Assembly: GCA_965246755.1 (NCBI GenBank) | Contig: OZ251979.1 | Location: 649,089-713,088 of the forward strand | Direction: 5' to 3' | From: Alphaproteobacteria bacterium | GTDB lineage: Bacteria; Pseudomonadota; Alphaproteobacteria; UBA11073 | Length of the DNA stretch: 64,000 nt | Part shown: positions 35,875 through 46,200 of the stretch, one piece after another | Layout: each line of letters opens with the position of its first letter | Numbering within the stretch: the stretch's first letter is position 1 | Made by a program: the position numbers and the translations under genes | The notes under the pieces: model-generated | What the model saw: only the letters and a program-made list of their open reading frames with translations | The model's database searches: none | What the model was told of the DNA's origin: nothing

Positions 35875-36270
35875 TTATGGTGTAGCTTGCGCCCCACAAT
35901 TCATTGTTTTATGCAATACTCTTGTATTGCTATTTATAGGCACCATCCATGCATTAGCTACTGCAATGCGTCCAATCTCTTCCAATGCGTCCTGTTCTGG
36001 CGCGCCAAAATTTGGACCAAAATAATCTAGCACTTCACGTTGAGCACCGTAACATTTAACCATAATTACCGCTGCAACAGCAGTGTCTCTGCTAAGTGTA
36101 TAAAATTCCCGACCATCAAACTTTCCTCTAAACATTTGAGCAAGCGGCGTCGTTTCATGTTTGTGCCAATCACGATCAATTTTTTCCAACACGCTATCCG
36201 TTACAACTTGATTTAATATAAATGAGTTTGCCATTTTTATTTCTCCGAGCAACTTTAATAAAGTTATCAA
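35875..36270 (-). CDS. Hypothetical protein (low-GC island; probable start at internal Met13)
   Basis: No motifs; ~38% GC. Confidence 0.25.
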   Translation of the reverse strand: MITLLKLLGEIKMANSFILNQVVTDSVLEKIDRDWHKHETTPLAQMFRGKFDGREFYTLSRDTAVAAVIMVKCYGAQREVLDYFGPNFGAPEQDALEEIGRIAVANAWMVPINSNTRVLHKTMNCGAQATP

Positions 36271-36401
36271 TTAAAATCTATTATTGCAAATAATTTATTA
36301 CTTTCATGTAATTTTATTATGTATTGTTTGTTAGCTTATTCAACCGTTACGGACTTCGCCATCCGCCTTCGCTAAAGCTACGGCGAGATTGGCCAAATCT
36401 G

Positions 36402-38225
36402 TCACTCAACAGTGACCGACTTTGCCAAATTGCGCGGCTGGTCGACATCGGTGCCTTTAAGGACGGCGATGTGATAGGCGAGCAGCTGGATCGGCACCGT
36501 ATAGATTAATGGCGCGATGAAACTGTCGGTTTCGGGCAATGTTAAACTCCAGCGCGGGGCACTGCCGACGCGCGTTGCGCCGCTGGCGCTGGACAGTAAC
36601 AGCACCTGGCCGCCGCGGGCGGCGACTTCCTGAATATTGCCAGCGGTTTTTTCGAATAAGGCGTCCGGCGGCGCGACGACAATGACCGGCACATTGTCAT
36701 CAATCAGCGCAATGGGGCCATGTTTGAGTTCACCAGCCGCGTAACCTTCGGCATGAATGTAGGATAATTCTTTAAGCTTCAGCGCGCCTTCTAGCGCAAT
36801 AGCGTAAGATGTGCCGCGCCCCATATAGAGAATATCTTGCGCGCCGGCCAGCTGCGCGGCGATGGCCTGCACGTCGGCCTCGTGCCGCAAGACTTCAGCA
36901 ATCAATGCCGGCACTTCACGCAGCACGGCGGTCAGGCGCCGTGCCTCGGTTGCATCAATCGCGCCGCGTTGTTCGGCGGCGAAAATCGTCAGCGCGGCCA
37001 GCGTGGCCAATTGCGTGACAAAGCCTTTAGTGGAAGCAACGCTGATTTCCGGGCCGGCCTGGGTATAGAGCACAACATCGGATTCGCGCGCGATAGTGCT
37101 TTCAATCACGTTGCAGATAGCGATGATGTGTTGGGTTTCTTTCGCCGCGAAGCGCAAAGCTTCCAGTGTATCGAGTGTTTCACCAGATTGCGAAATGGCG
37201 AGGAACGCGCCGCCGTCCGGCAGCGGCGCGGCGCGATAGCGGAATTCCGAGGCGATATCAAGTTCGACCGGCAGGCGCGCAATTTGTTCGAACCAGTATT
37301 TGGCCACCAGCCCGGCGAGATAGCCGGTGCCACAGGCGGAGATAGTCAGGCGCGGCAGCGTTTTAAAATCAAACGGCAGCGGCGGAATTTGCACCGCGCC
37401 GGTGGCGGGGTGGGTGTAGGTATTGATGGTGTCGCTGAGGACTTCCGGCTGTTCATGGATTTCCTTTAACATGTAATGGCGGAATTCGCCTTTGCCGGTC
37501 ATCGCGGCGGACACGGTGGAGATGCGCACCGGGCGTTCGACCGTATTGCCAATCATGTCAAAAATTTGCGCGCCGCTGGGGGTGAGAACGGTCCAATCGC
37601 CATCGGTCAAATAGCAAATACGGTTGGTAAAGTTGGCCAAAGCAATGGCATCCGACGCCAGATACATATTGTTATCACTATAACCGATCGCCAGCGGCGT
37701 GCCGCGGCGCGCGCCGTAAATTTCGTGTTCATTGCCGGCAAAAATGATGGCGAGCGAAAAAGCGCCGTGCAGGCGTTGCAGCGTTTGATAGACGGCATCG
37801 CGCTGTGACAGGCCGTTATCCAGATAATGCGTGAGCAGATGCGCGATGACCTCGGTATCGGTATCGCTGTCAAAGCGGCGCTGTTCCTGTTCGAGTTCCG
37901 CGCGCAGCGCCTGATAATTTTCAATGATGCCGTTATGCACTACGGCGACTTTATCGGTCGCATGCGGATGCGCATTATTTTCCGTGGGGCCGCCGTGGGT
38001 GGCCCAACGGGTGTGGCCGATGCCGATCGTGCCGGGCAGCGGCGCGGTCGCCAGTTTGGCGGCAAGATTTTTGAGCTTGCCCTCCGCTCTGGCGCGTTCA
38101 ATCTTGCCATGGGCGATGGTGGCGATACCCGCGCTGTCATAACCGCGGTATTCCAGCCGCGCGAGGCCTTCCAGAACCTGATCAGCAGCATTGCTGGCGC
38201 CAGTGACGGCGATTATTCCACACAT
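36402..38225 (-). CDS. glmS: Glutamine--fructose-6-phosphate aminotransferase
   Basis: Start placed at MCGIIAV (catalytic Cys2), track ORF begins 14 codons earlier; GATase type 2 plus two SIS domains. Confidence 0.95.
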   Translation of the reverse strand: MCGIIAVTGASNAADQVLEGLARLEYRGYDSAGIATIAHGKIERARAEGKLKNLAAKLATAPLPGTIGIGHTRWATHGGPTENNAHPHATDKVAVVHNGIIENYQALRAELEQEQRRFDSDTDTEVIAHLLTHYLDNGLSQRDAVYQTLQRLHGAFSLAIIFAGNEHEIYGARRGTPLAIGYSDNNMYLASDAIALANFTNRICYLTDGDWTVLTPSGAQIFDMIGNTVERPVRISTVSAAMTGKGEFRHYMLKEIHEQPEVLSDTINTYTHPATGAVQIPPLPFDFKTLPRLTISACGTGYLAGLVAKYWFEQIARLPVELDIASEFRYRAAPLPDGGAFLAISQSGETLDTLEALRFAAKETQHIIAICNVIESTIARESDVVLYTQAGPEISVASTKGFVTQLATLAALTIFAAEQRGAIDATEARRLTAVLREVPALIAEVLRHEADVQAIAAQLAGAQDILYMGRGTSYAIALEGALKLKELSYIHAEGYAAGELKHGPIALIDDNVPVIVVAPPDALFEKTAGNIQEVAARGGQVLLLSSASGATRVGSAPRWSLTLPETDSFIAPLIYTVPIQLLAYHIAVLKGTDVDQPRNLAKSVTVE

Positions 38226-39598
38226 TACGTTTTGTCTTTCATCTTCGCGCGAAACGCATCCGCCCAATTGGCTAAGTTTTTCTGTAAGGCGCGCGCGATG
38301 CCCAGCGCACCGGATGGCACATCTTTGGCAATCACACTGCCAGCGGCGACTATCGCATTATCACCGATAGTAACCGGCGCGATCAGCGCGCTGTTGGACC
38401 CGATGAAAGCGCCCGCGCCAATGTGCGTGTGATACTTGTTAAAGCCGTCATAATTGCAGGTGATGGTGCCCGCGCCGATATTGGCCGCGGCGCCCACCGT
38501 TGTGTCGCCAACGTAAGACAGGTGGTTGATCTTGGCACCCGCGCCGAGCGTGGTGTTTTTTAGTTCGACAAAATTGCCAACGCGGGCGTGGGGTTCAACG
38601 ATCGTACCGGGACGGATACGCGCGAACGGGCCGACTTTGGCGCCGGATTTTATCGTGCAGCCTTCCAGATGTGAAAAGGATAAAATTTCCGCGCCGCTGT
38701 CGATGGTAACGCCGGGGCCGAATACGACATGCGGGTGAATGATGACATCGGGCGCAATTTGCGTGTCATGGGCAAAATACACAGTGTCGGGTTTTAATAA
38801 CGTAACGCCATTTTCTTGGATGTCAGAAATTTTATAGTGCTGAAAAAAGAATTCCGCGCTTTGCAGTTGCAAGCGGTCGTTAACGCCGGTAGCGGCAATC
38901 GTCGTGGTCTTGATAACAATCGGCTGTACATTTTCGGTATGCGCCAATTTGACAATATCGGTTAGATAATATTCACCCTGATTATTGTCGGTTTTTAAAG
39001 CAGCCAGCCATAGCCATAGCTTTGAGGTGGTGACGCACATGACACCAGTATTGCAAAGTTCAGCTGGCGGTTGCGGCGGACATCCCTGCCTGTAATCCCA
39101 TTCCAGTTGCGGTGGCAAATCTTTTTGCTCGATGATTTCCAGCAGAGTATCGCCATCCGTCATCAAGCGTCCAAAACCATAAGCGCGATTGGTTTCGAAG
39201 CCCATGACGGCTAATTCCGTATTGGCGGTATGTTTGGCATCAATCAACTTTTGTAAATCGACCGGCTTGATCAACGGCACATCGCCATAGAGCACCAGCA
39301 CATCACCGGAGAAATTTTTAAGCGCGCTCTCTGCGCAGCGCACCGCATGACCGGTGCCCAATTGCTGGTCCTGCACCGCGATTGTGTGATGGCCTACATA
39401 GGGTTTGAAAGCGTCAACCTGCGCGGGCGCGGCGATGATGATTATTTTTTGCGGCTGCAGGCTTTCCGCGGCTTTAATGACATGACCCAGCATGGGGAGG
39501 CCCGCCACTTTATGCAGCACCTTGGGCAGCGCGGATGTCATACGCGTCCCCTGGCCCGCCGCCAGGATAATCACCGCTAAAGGGTTTGGATTCGTCAT
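38225..39598 (-). CDS. glmU: Bifunctional UDP-GlcNAc pyrophosphorylase / GlcN-1-P acetyltransferase
   Basis: LAAGQGTRM nucleotidyltransferase motif, C-terminal hexapeptide-repeat left-handed beta helix; start chosen at Met14 of track ORF. Confidence 0.92.
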   Translation of the reverse strand: MTNPNPLAVIILAAGQGTRMTSALPKVLHKVAGLPMLGHVIKAAESLQPQKIIIIAAPAQVDAFKPYVGHHTIAVQDQQLGTGHAVRCAESALKNFSGDVLVLYGDVPLIKPVDLQKLIDAKHTANTELAVMGFETNRAYGFGRLMTDGDTLLEIIEQKDLPPQLEWDYRQGCPPQPPAELCNTGVMCVTTSKLWLWLAALKTDNNQGEYYLTDIVKLAHTENVQPIVIKTTTIAATGVNDRLQLQSAEFFFQHYKISDIQENGVTLLKPDTVYFAHDTQIAPDVIIHPHVVFGPGVTIDSGAEILSFSHLEGCTIKSGAKVGPFARIRPGTIVEPHARVGNFVELKNTTLGAGAKINHLSYVGDTTVGAAANIGAGTITCNYDGFNKYHTHIGAGAFIGSNSALIAPVTIGDNAIVAAGSVIAKDVPSGALGIARALQKNLANWADAFRAKMKDKT

Positions 39599-39633
39599 GC
39601 CGCTATTTGAAACAGCATGCTGACTTTGCCTAG

Positions 39634-39996
39634 TCACAAATCGTGACTAAATGTTGTTGGCGTTAAAGGCCTGTGATAGCTGCCGCCCCGGTCGCGCCTG
39701 GGGCTTCTCGGTACAGTTCCAAACGGAATGTTGCCTTGCGGCGTTCCATAGCGCGCTTCTTTTTCTCTTTGTTTTAAGTCACCTGCTGTCAAAAACGCTG
39801 CACATTTCTCCAGAAGAGTTTTAGCATATTCACGAACCGATGTATGTTTGCTGCGCTGCGCATTAATAATTGCCTGATTAAGCGCTCCTGCGTCTGCATG
39901 TGATAAATGTAATGCAATTGCTTCCAGGGCATTACGTTGTTCGGCTTCGCCTAATGAATGAAAAAACCGCACATCTTGCAATTCATATCGTTTCAT
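39634..39996 (-). CDS. Hypothetical protein (120 aa, low GC)
   Basis: No motifs. Confidence 0.25.
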   Translation of the reverse strand: MKRYELQDVRFFHSLGEAEQRNALEAIALHLSHADAGALNQAIINAQRSKHTSVREYAKTLLEKCAAFLTAGDLKQREKEARYGTPQGNIPFGTVPRSPRRDRGGSYHRPLTPTTFSHDL

Positions 39997-40055
39997 AATT
40001 GTCTCCTTAATAAAAAAAATTATTCTACTAGTAACAATAATTTCTATGCAAGCAC

Positions 40056-40896
40056 TTATTCCTCGGTTTTAGCAACTCCAAACGTCTGGCCGTTATAAAC
40101 CGCGTTATGCAGATGAATAAACACCGTGCCAAATTCGCCGTAAGTGCGGGCGCGCACCGGTACCGCAACCCCGCCGGGCGTGAGTGGCGCGAGCCAGATG
40201 GACAGCATCATCTTACCCTTGGGGTCGGTGACCCAGCTGAACTGGTTTTTGCGCCATTTGCCGGCCAAGGTTTCCATCGACATGTCGCAACGGCGCCCCC
40301 CGCCCTCATAAAAACCATAATCGCTTTTAGGAAATTTTTCGAACTGGATTTCGGAAAACACCAGATTGAAACGCCGCTTGCCATCATAAACGGTGAGGCT
40401 CTGGTCGCAGCGCTCGCCCTGCGCGAGGCGCAGCATCATCGTCATGGTGGCGGACATGATATCAACCGCGCCCGCCGTCATTTCGGGCGCGGTTTCGGCA
40501 GGGTCGGGGGAAGTATCGACCGGTTTTAAAACTTTTTCCTCAAACACACCCTTATTATCAAAACGCAGCGTGGTGCTTTTTTTTGTCTTTCCAGCTATAG
40601 GTTGCTGTATAATCCTGTGGCACCAAGTTGCGCGTTTTAACAGTGCCATGGCTTTCAAGACGATTCCACCACGGGAACAGCCGGCCGATCCAGCCCTTGG
40701 TCGCGGCGCTGAATGTGCCGTGATAGGTGTTTTGATCGAGCTGCATATTTATATCAGCATCAGCCATATTCGCGCCGCCGCCCCATAGGGTGTAATGCAA
40801 TTGCGCATCCAGCGTTGGTAGCGTGGCAAGAGGCGCGGCGCAGACCGGTACCGTTAAAACAATTACCAATATAAAAGCGGCGGCCAGATTTTTCAT
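40056..40896 (-). pseudogene. DUF3108-family secreted protein gene split by a frameshift in an A8/T8 homopolymer
   Basis: Signal-peptide N-terminal ORF (40558-40896) and DUF3108-like C-terminal ORF (40056-40658) overlap in different frames at T8 run 40577-40584; +/-1 nt would fuse them to ~270 aa. Confidence 0.5.
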
Positions 40897-40974
40897 AGCG
40901 GGATTTTACCAAAAATACGCGAAAAAGATATTTGTTTTCTTGCGGGCCGTGCCGCGGCTGCCTATTATAGCAGC

Positions 40975-41559
40975 ATGGTAACATGGTTTGACGAAGATGA
41001 TGATGATTGGGCCCCCAAGGGGCGGTCGGATAGTGAGCAAACCTCGTTGTTTCAGGCTTATCTCATCGGTTTGGAAGAGCGTTTGAATTTAATTGACGAT
41101 CCCAAACAGGAAACCATCTTATTGGATTTTGCGCCGTCTTTTGCGCAATTGCTGAAATACGCCGCTGACAGTTGGGAAAAAGATCATTTTTCATTGATGA
41201 CGGCGACGCGTACCGATGGCAAAGCCATCCGGCGTTCGCTAGGGCAGGCCGGCCGCATGATTACCCTGCCGTCGGCGGATGATGTATTGGTGTATGGCGA
41301 TGCGATCATTGAGATTTTGCAAAAGGAACAGGACAAGCTCGCGCATAATCTCGACAAATATTTGCCGGAAGATAAATTGGCTGACATTATGATCACCGGC
41401 AAAACGCTGGCCTGGGCAATCAGTGAATCGGTGGAAGCGGTCATTGCCGGATTCAACGTGCTGGAGCCGTACCGCGGCGACAGTATCCGCCGCAGCGGCG
41501 GCCAGGACCGCCGCCAGTTGAAAGTGGGTTCGGCGCTCAATATGAAAGTCAGCATTTAA
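40975..41559 (+). CDS. Hypothetical protein (194 aa, acidic N-terminus)
   Basis: No recognisable domain. Confidence 0.3.
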   Translation: MVTWFDEDDDDWAPKGRSDSEQTSLFQAYLIGLEERLNLIDDPKQETILLDFAPSFAQLLKYAADSWEKDHFSLMTATRTDGKAIRRSLGQAGRMITLPSADDVLVYGDAIIEILQKEQDKLAHNLDKYLPEDKLADIMITGKTLAWAISESVEAVIAGFNVLEPYRGDSIRRSGGQDRRQLKVGSALNMKVSI

Positions 41560-42438
41560 TTGTCACGCCGCCGCGCGGATTTATTATTATTGCTGGTTGC
41601 CATTATCTGGGGCACGACATTCATTGCCCAAAAAGTTGCCGGCCATGGTTTGGGACCGTTTGGTTTTGTCGGCATGCGATTTTTACTGTCATTCATGGTT
41701 GTATTGCCGTTTGCTATAAAAGAGACCATGCGGCAGCCCATCCCTAAAATAGTGCCGATTTTGCCGCTGGTTTTATTATCCGCAGTGTTTAGCGCCGGGG
41801 TTTTGTTGCAACAGATTGGTACACTTAACACCAGTGTAACAAGCGCCGGGTTTTTAACCGGCCTGTATGTTATTATCGTACCGCTGGCCGAGTTATTGCT
41901 GTTCCGCAAAATGCCGCGCGCGATCATCTGGCTGGCCTGTCTGTTATCCGTGATCGGCGTATGGCTGTTAAACGGCGCAACATTGGTTGATGTAAGCCAG
42001 GGCGATTTATATATTATTGCCTGCGCAATCTGCTTTGGCGTACAGGTGCCGTTTATCGGCCATCTTATCAATCGTCATGGCCATCCCATCTGCTTCGCGC
42101 TGACACAATATGCGGTATGCAGTGCCATTGCGCTGACAGTTGCCGTTTCGCATGAACAACTTCATTGGCAAGCGGTTATCGACAATATTTGGCCGCTGCT
42201 GTATGCCGGAGTTGTTTCCGGCGGCATCGCCTATACGCTGCAGGGTGTGGCGCAGCAATATGCCGATTCATCAAAAGCTGCGATCATTATGTCATCGGAA
42301 GCGTTATTTGCCGCCATAGCCGGCGTTGCAATATTGAATGAACGGCTGGATGCAATCGGGTGGATCGGCTGCGCGGTAATTTTCATGGCAATGTGTTTGA
42401 CGGAGCTGCCGGCAGTGCAGCTGTTTAAACGCGGTTAA
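41560..42438 (+). CDS. EamA/DMT-superfamily transporter (10 TM)
   Basis: Two EamA-like halves, 10 hydrophobic helices. Confidence 0.7.
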   Translation: MSRRRADLLLLLVAIIWGTTFIAQKVAGHGLGPFGFVGMRFLLSFMVVLPFAIKETMRQPIPKIVPILPLVLLSAVFSAGVLLQQIGTLNTSVTSAGFLTGLYVIIVPLAELLLFRKMPRAIIWLACLLSVIGVWLLNGATLVDVSQGDLYIIACAICFGVQVPFIGHLINRHGHPICFALTQYAVCSAIALTVAVSHEQLHWQAVIDNIWPLLYAGVVSGGIAYTLQGVAQQYADSSKAAIIMSSEALFAAIAGVAILNERLDAIGWIGCAVIFMAMCLTELPAVQLFKRG

Positions 42439-43258
42439 TATAAAAATCTGGCGCCAATGCGGCATTCGCCGCGCGTGCATAAGTCAGCACATCGGTTTGT
42501 GTAAAAACATCGTTACGCAGTGTTTGCAAACGACAGGTGATTGCATCATCAGTGATATTCAGCAGCCAATAATTATTATCCTCACCACGGGTGCGGTCGG
42601 ACAGGGTTGTGCTGCCCTGAATGAACAGCAGGGGTTTTTTAAGCTGCGGCATAATACTACGCGCATCGCGGATATTGGCGCGGTGCAGGTGGCCGGTTAA
42701 AATGATATCGACGCCGCAATCGATAAAAGTTTTGACCGCCGCGGCGTGATTATCCACCAGCATGCGCGTGTCATGATCAACCGGGTGCGACACTGGATGA
42801 TGCACCATCAGGATTTTGAGTTTGCTGTCGGGCACGTTTTTGAAAAAATCGCGCGTAAATTTTAACTGGCGATTGGCAATGCCGCCCTGTTCCCAGGCCC
42901 ATTGCCGCATCCAGCGCCGCGCGGAATTGAGGCCCAGGATGGCGACCTGGTCGTTGACGAAGCCTGGGTTCACATCATGGCTGATATATTTTTGGTAAAG
43001 CCCGAACGGTGCGGTAAAGCGTGCCCACAGATTCCAGGCCGGCACGTCATGATTGCCCGGCACGCACAGCCAAGCGCTAGGCAGCTGTTTGATAAAATCC
43101 CGTGCGGCCTGATATTGCGCCGCATAGGCGCGCTGGGTGAGGTCGCCGCCAATCAGGATAAGGTCCGGCCGGTGCGTGTTGAGGTCATGCAGCAGTGCCG
43201 TCGCCGCACCATCATTCTGGCGGCCAAAGTGGATGTCGGTGACAAAGGCGAGTTTCAT
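42425..43258 (-). CDS. Metallophosphoesterase (calcineurin-like)
   Basis: Motifs DIHFG, GGDLTQ, VPGNHD, GHLH. Confidence 0.75.
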   Translation of the reverse strand: MKLAFVTDIHFGRQNDGAATALLHDLNTHRPDLILIGGDLTQRAYAAQYQAARDFIKQLPSAWLCVPGNHDVPAWNLWARFTAPFGLYQKYISHDVNPGFVNDQVAILGLNSARRWMRQWAWEQGGIANRQLKFTRDFFKNVPDSKLKILMVHHPVSHPVDHDTRMLVDNHAAAVKTFIDCGVDIILTGHLHRANIRDARSIMPQLKKPLLFIQGSTTLSDRTRGEDNNYWLLNITDDAITCRLQTLRNDVFTQTDVLTYARAANAALAPDFYINRV

Positions 43259-43313
43259 GAAAGTATTTCATAAGCGAAAAAACTTGACGAGAAAAGGAGA
43301 TGTTTCCTAATGT

Positions 43314-43883
43314 ATGCAATTCATTAAAAAAGGAACTAGTATGTCTTACTCACATCGACCAGCCAACATTTTAACACCTTCAGAACATGAAATTTTGACG
43401 CTAAGCTCGCAGGGACTGACAAGGCAACAGATTGCAGTTGAATTAAATGTCGCAGTTCGTACTGTTGATTTCCATACAGCACATATTTTTAAAAAGCTTG
43501 GTGTTCATAATACTATTGAGGCTATTTATACTGCATTAAATAAAAAACTAATTTCATTACTCCCACCAAAAATTGCCTCATCTACACCCTTAAGGCTTAC
43601 TTCTCGACAACGAGAAGTTTTAAACGCACTTAGTAAAGGTAAGGGATATAAAGGAGCAGGCAAATTATTATGCATATCTGCAAAGACCGTGCACTTTCAT
43701 GTAACTTGTATGTTTGAAGAAAATAATTTTAATAGTATAAGATCGCTGTTGGTAGTTGCGCGCTGGCAAAGTTTCTGCGCTCAAAATAAATTACAGGTTG
43801 GCGAAAAAGCCTGTAACACAATAGCATTGCCATCAACAAAAGAAAGTGAATCTAAAAGATCATCAAGGCCACCCGCGCCCTAA
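43314..43883 (+). CDS. Transcriptional regulator with two tandem LuxR/GerE-type HTH domains, no receiver domain
   Basis: Two copies of LT/SxRExE(V/I)L...GxxxxxIAxxLxxSxxTVxxH pattern; ~38% GC island. Confidence 0.5.
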   Translation: MQFIKKGTSMSYSHRPANILTPSEHEILTLSSQGLTRQQIAVELNVAVRTVDFHTAHIFKKLGVHNTIEAIYTALNKKLISLLPPKIASSTPLRLTSRQREVLNALSKGKGYKGAGKLLCISAKTVHFHVTCMFEENNFNSIRSLLVVARWQSFCAQNKLQVGEKACNTIALPSTKESESKRSSRPPAP

Positions 43884-45589
43884 ATATCCGCATACACATG
43901 AGTCTCCGCCGTGGCGCCTGGGTGGGTTACTGCGCCCTTGGACGCTGGGCCAACGGTTTGCGCATATTTCCATAGCGCGCCGGATTGGTAGTTGTTGGCA
44001 ATGGGTTTGAATTGCTTGCGGCGTGACATCATATCCTGCGCTGATACCGCGACGCTGAGTTCGCCGGTCGTGCAATCAATTGTAATCATATCACAATTAC
44101 GGATGAGGCCGAGCGGGCCGCCGGCAGCGGCCTCGGGGCCGATATGACCCACGCATAAACCCCGGGTGCCGCCCGAAAAACGTCCATCAGTAATGAGCGC
44201 GACTGTTTCCCCGCGGCCCTGGCCATAGATGGCGGAGGTGGTGGACAGCATCTCGCGCATGCCGGGGCCACCCCGGGGCCCTTCATTCCTGATCACAATC
44301 ACATCACCATCCTGATAATCATTGGCGAAGACGGCGGCCAGCGCCGCCTCTTCTTTTTCAAACACGCGCGCGGGGCCGGTGAAGGTCAGCTGTTTTAAAC
44401 CGGCGACTTTGACAATTGCGCCATCCGGGGCCAGGTTGCCGCGCAAACCAATCACACCGCCATTGGGTGAGATGGGATTACCGATAGAACGTACGACTTT
44501 ATTTTCCGCCATCTCGACCGACGCCAGATTTTCGGCAATAGTTTTGCCGGTGACGGTCAGGCAATCGCCATGCAGGAAGCCGCCCTTCAATAACTCTTTT
44601 AGAACAATTGCGACGCCGCCGACTTCCCACATATCTTTTGCGACATATTGGCCGCCGGGTTTAAGATCAGCGATATAGGGTGTACGGCGGAAAATTTCGC
44701 AGACCGCATGCAAATCAAAATCTATGCCAGCCTCATGCGCAAGCGCAGGCAGATGTAACGCGGCATTGGTGGAACCGCCGGTGGCCGAGACCACCATCGC
44801 GGCATTTTCCAATGACTTGCGCGTTACAATGTCGCGCGGGCGGATGCCATGGGCCAGTAATTGCATGACAGTTTCGCCCGAGGCGCGGCAAAAGGCATCA
44901 CGCGATTCATAGATCGCCGGTGTATCGCCAGAGCCGGGAATGGCAAGGCCGATGGCTTCCGCAACGCAAGCCATGGTGTTGGCGGTAAACTGGCCGCCGC
45001 AGGCGCCGGCGGTGGGGCAGACCGCGCATTCAATGGCGTGCAATTCCTTTTCATCAATCTGGCCGCTGGTAAATTTGCCGACCGCTTCATAGGCATCGAC
45101 AATCGTGACGTCACGGCCTTGGTACTGGCCAGGTAAAATGGTGCCGCCGTACAAAAAAACTGACGGCACGTTCAAGCGTACCATTGCCATCATCATGCCT
45201 GGCAAAGATTTATCGCAGCCCGCCAAACCGACCAGTGCATCATAGGCATGGCCGCGCATCGACAATTCAACGGAATCCGCAATCAGGTCACGCGATGGCA
45301 GTGATGAGAACATGCCGGCATGGCCCATCGCGATGCCGTCGGTAACAGTAATGGTGGTGAACATGCGCGGCAAACCACCGGCCGCAGTCACCCCCAGTTT
45401 GACACTTTCGGCCTGGCGGTTGAGCGCAATGTTACAGGGCGCGGATTCATTCCAGCAGGTGGCAACGCCAACCAACGGTTTTTGTAAATCCTCAGGCGTC
45501 AGGCCCATGGCATACATCATGGCGCGGGCGGCAGCGGCCTGGGGACCGACGGTGACATAACGCGAGGGGAGTTTGCTTTTATCAAACAT
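43880..45589 (-). CDS. ilvD: Dihydroxy-acid dehydratase
   Basis: CDKSLPG Fe-S motif and full-length ILVD/EDD family similarity; start set at [12 protein letters not shown] (track ORF 20 codons longer). Confidence 0.92.
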   Translation of the reverse strand: MFDKSKLPSRYVTVGPQAAAARAMMYAMGLTPEDLQKPLVGVATCWNESAPCNIALNRQAESVKLGVTAAGGLPRMFTTITVTDGIAMGHAGMFSSLPSRDLIADSVELSMRGHAYDALVGLAGCDKSLPGMMMAMVRLNVPSVFLYGGTILPGQYQGRDVTIVDAYEAVGKFTSGQIDEKELHAIECAVCPTAGACGGQFTANTMACVAEAIGLAIPGSGDTPAIYESRDAFCRASGETVMQLLAHGIRPRDIVTRKSLENAAMVVSATGGSTNAALHLPALAHEAGIDFDLHAVCEIFRRTPYIADLKPGGQYVAKDMWEVGGVAIVLKELLKGGFLHGDCLTVTGKTIAENLASVEMAENKVVRSIGNPISPNGGVIGLRGNLAPDGAIVKVAGLKQLTFTGPARVFEKEEAALAAVFANDYQDGDVIVIRNEGPRGGPGMREMLSTTSAIYGQGRGETVALITDGRFSGGTRGLCVGHIGPEAAAGGPLGLIRNCDMITIDCTTGELSVAVSAQDMMSRRKQFKPIANNYQSGALWKYAQTVGPASKGAVTHPGATAETHVYADI

Positions 45590-45654
45590 GGACCAACCTA
45601 TTAAAATTATGCGCGGTCTGCCTCCCCCTTCAGGATAGAAAGACCACACCTGTT

Positions 45655-46107
45655 TTAGCCGGCATTCGCATACACTGGCCGCTTTAAAACATAATGGTCG
45701 CGAGCTTCATCCAACGCCTTGCGGAATTCAGTCGGCGCATTCAACATGATCGGCAAGTCGATTTCGCCCACCCCGGTGCCGCGAATGACGACAAAGCCAA
45801 AATTGAGCAGGCGGCCCATGATGCTTTGCCGCACGTAACAGCCTTCAATCCGGTCGATGTTGATTTCATTGATGTTACGCGCCACCAAACCGCGTTTTAG
45901 TAACACGCGGCGGTCGGTAATCGCGACTTCCGTCGACAGCCGTTGTAGAATGCGGCCGATAAAAATGCTAAGGCCAAAACCGGCAGCCCACGATAAAAAT
46001 ACCACCGCCAATACGCCGCTGGCGGTAAAAATCCAATGAAAGCGCGCCACGTAAACCAGCCGTTCGCCTTCCACCAGTGAAGTGCGTATGTAATCCATCA
46101 CCCTCAC
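45655..46107 (-). CDS. Bacterial PH-domain (bPH_2/YdbT-like) membrane protein
   Basis: Two N-terminal TM helices followed by PH-like fold pattern ([27 protein letters not shown]). Confidence 0.5.
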   Translation of the reverse strand: MRVMDYIRTSLVEGERLVYVARFHWIFTASGVLAVVFLSWAAGFGLSIFIGRILQRLSTEVAITDRRVLLKRGLVARNINEINIDRIEGCYVRQSIMGRLLNFGFVVIRGTGVGEIDLPIMLNAPTEFRKALDEARDHYVLKRPVYANAG

Positions 46108-46200
46108 TTAGAAGATGCCAACCGGCAGCGTCAAGGCGGCATTTGCCGGCCCGCTAATTCCGGATTGACAATATAAAGCGTTATCCGTCACTCTCGCGTC

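Noticed and set aside
40056-40658. Calling 40056-40658 and 40558-40896 as two separate genes
   Set aside because: They overlap out of frame exactly at an A8/T8 run. The N-terminal 25 residues of the downstream ORF are the wrong-frame reading of the upstream ORF, so it is one frameshifted gene.
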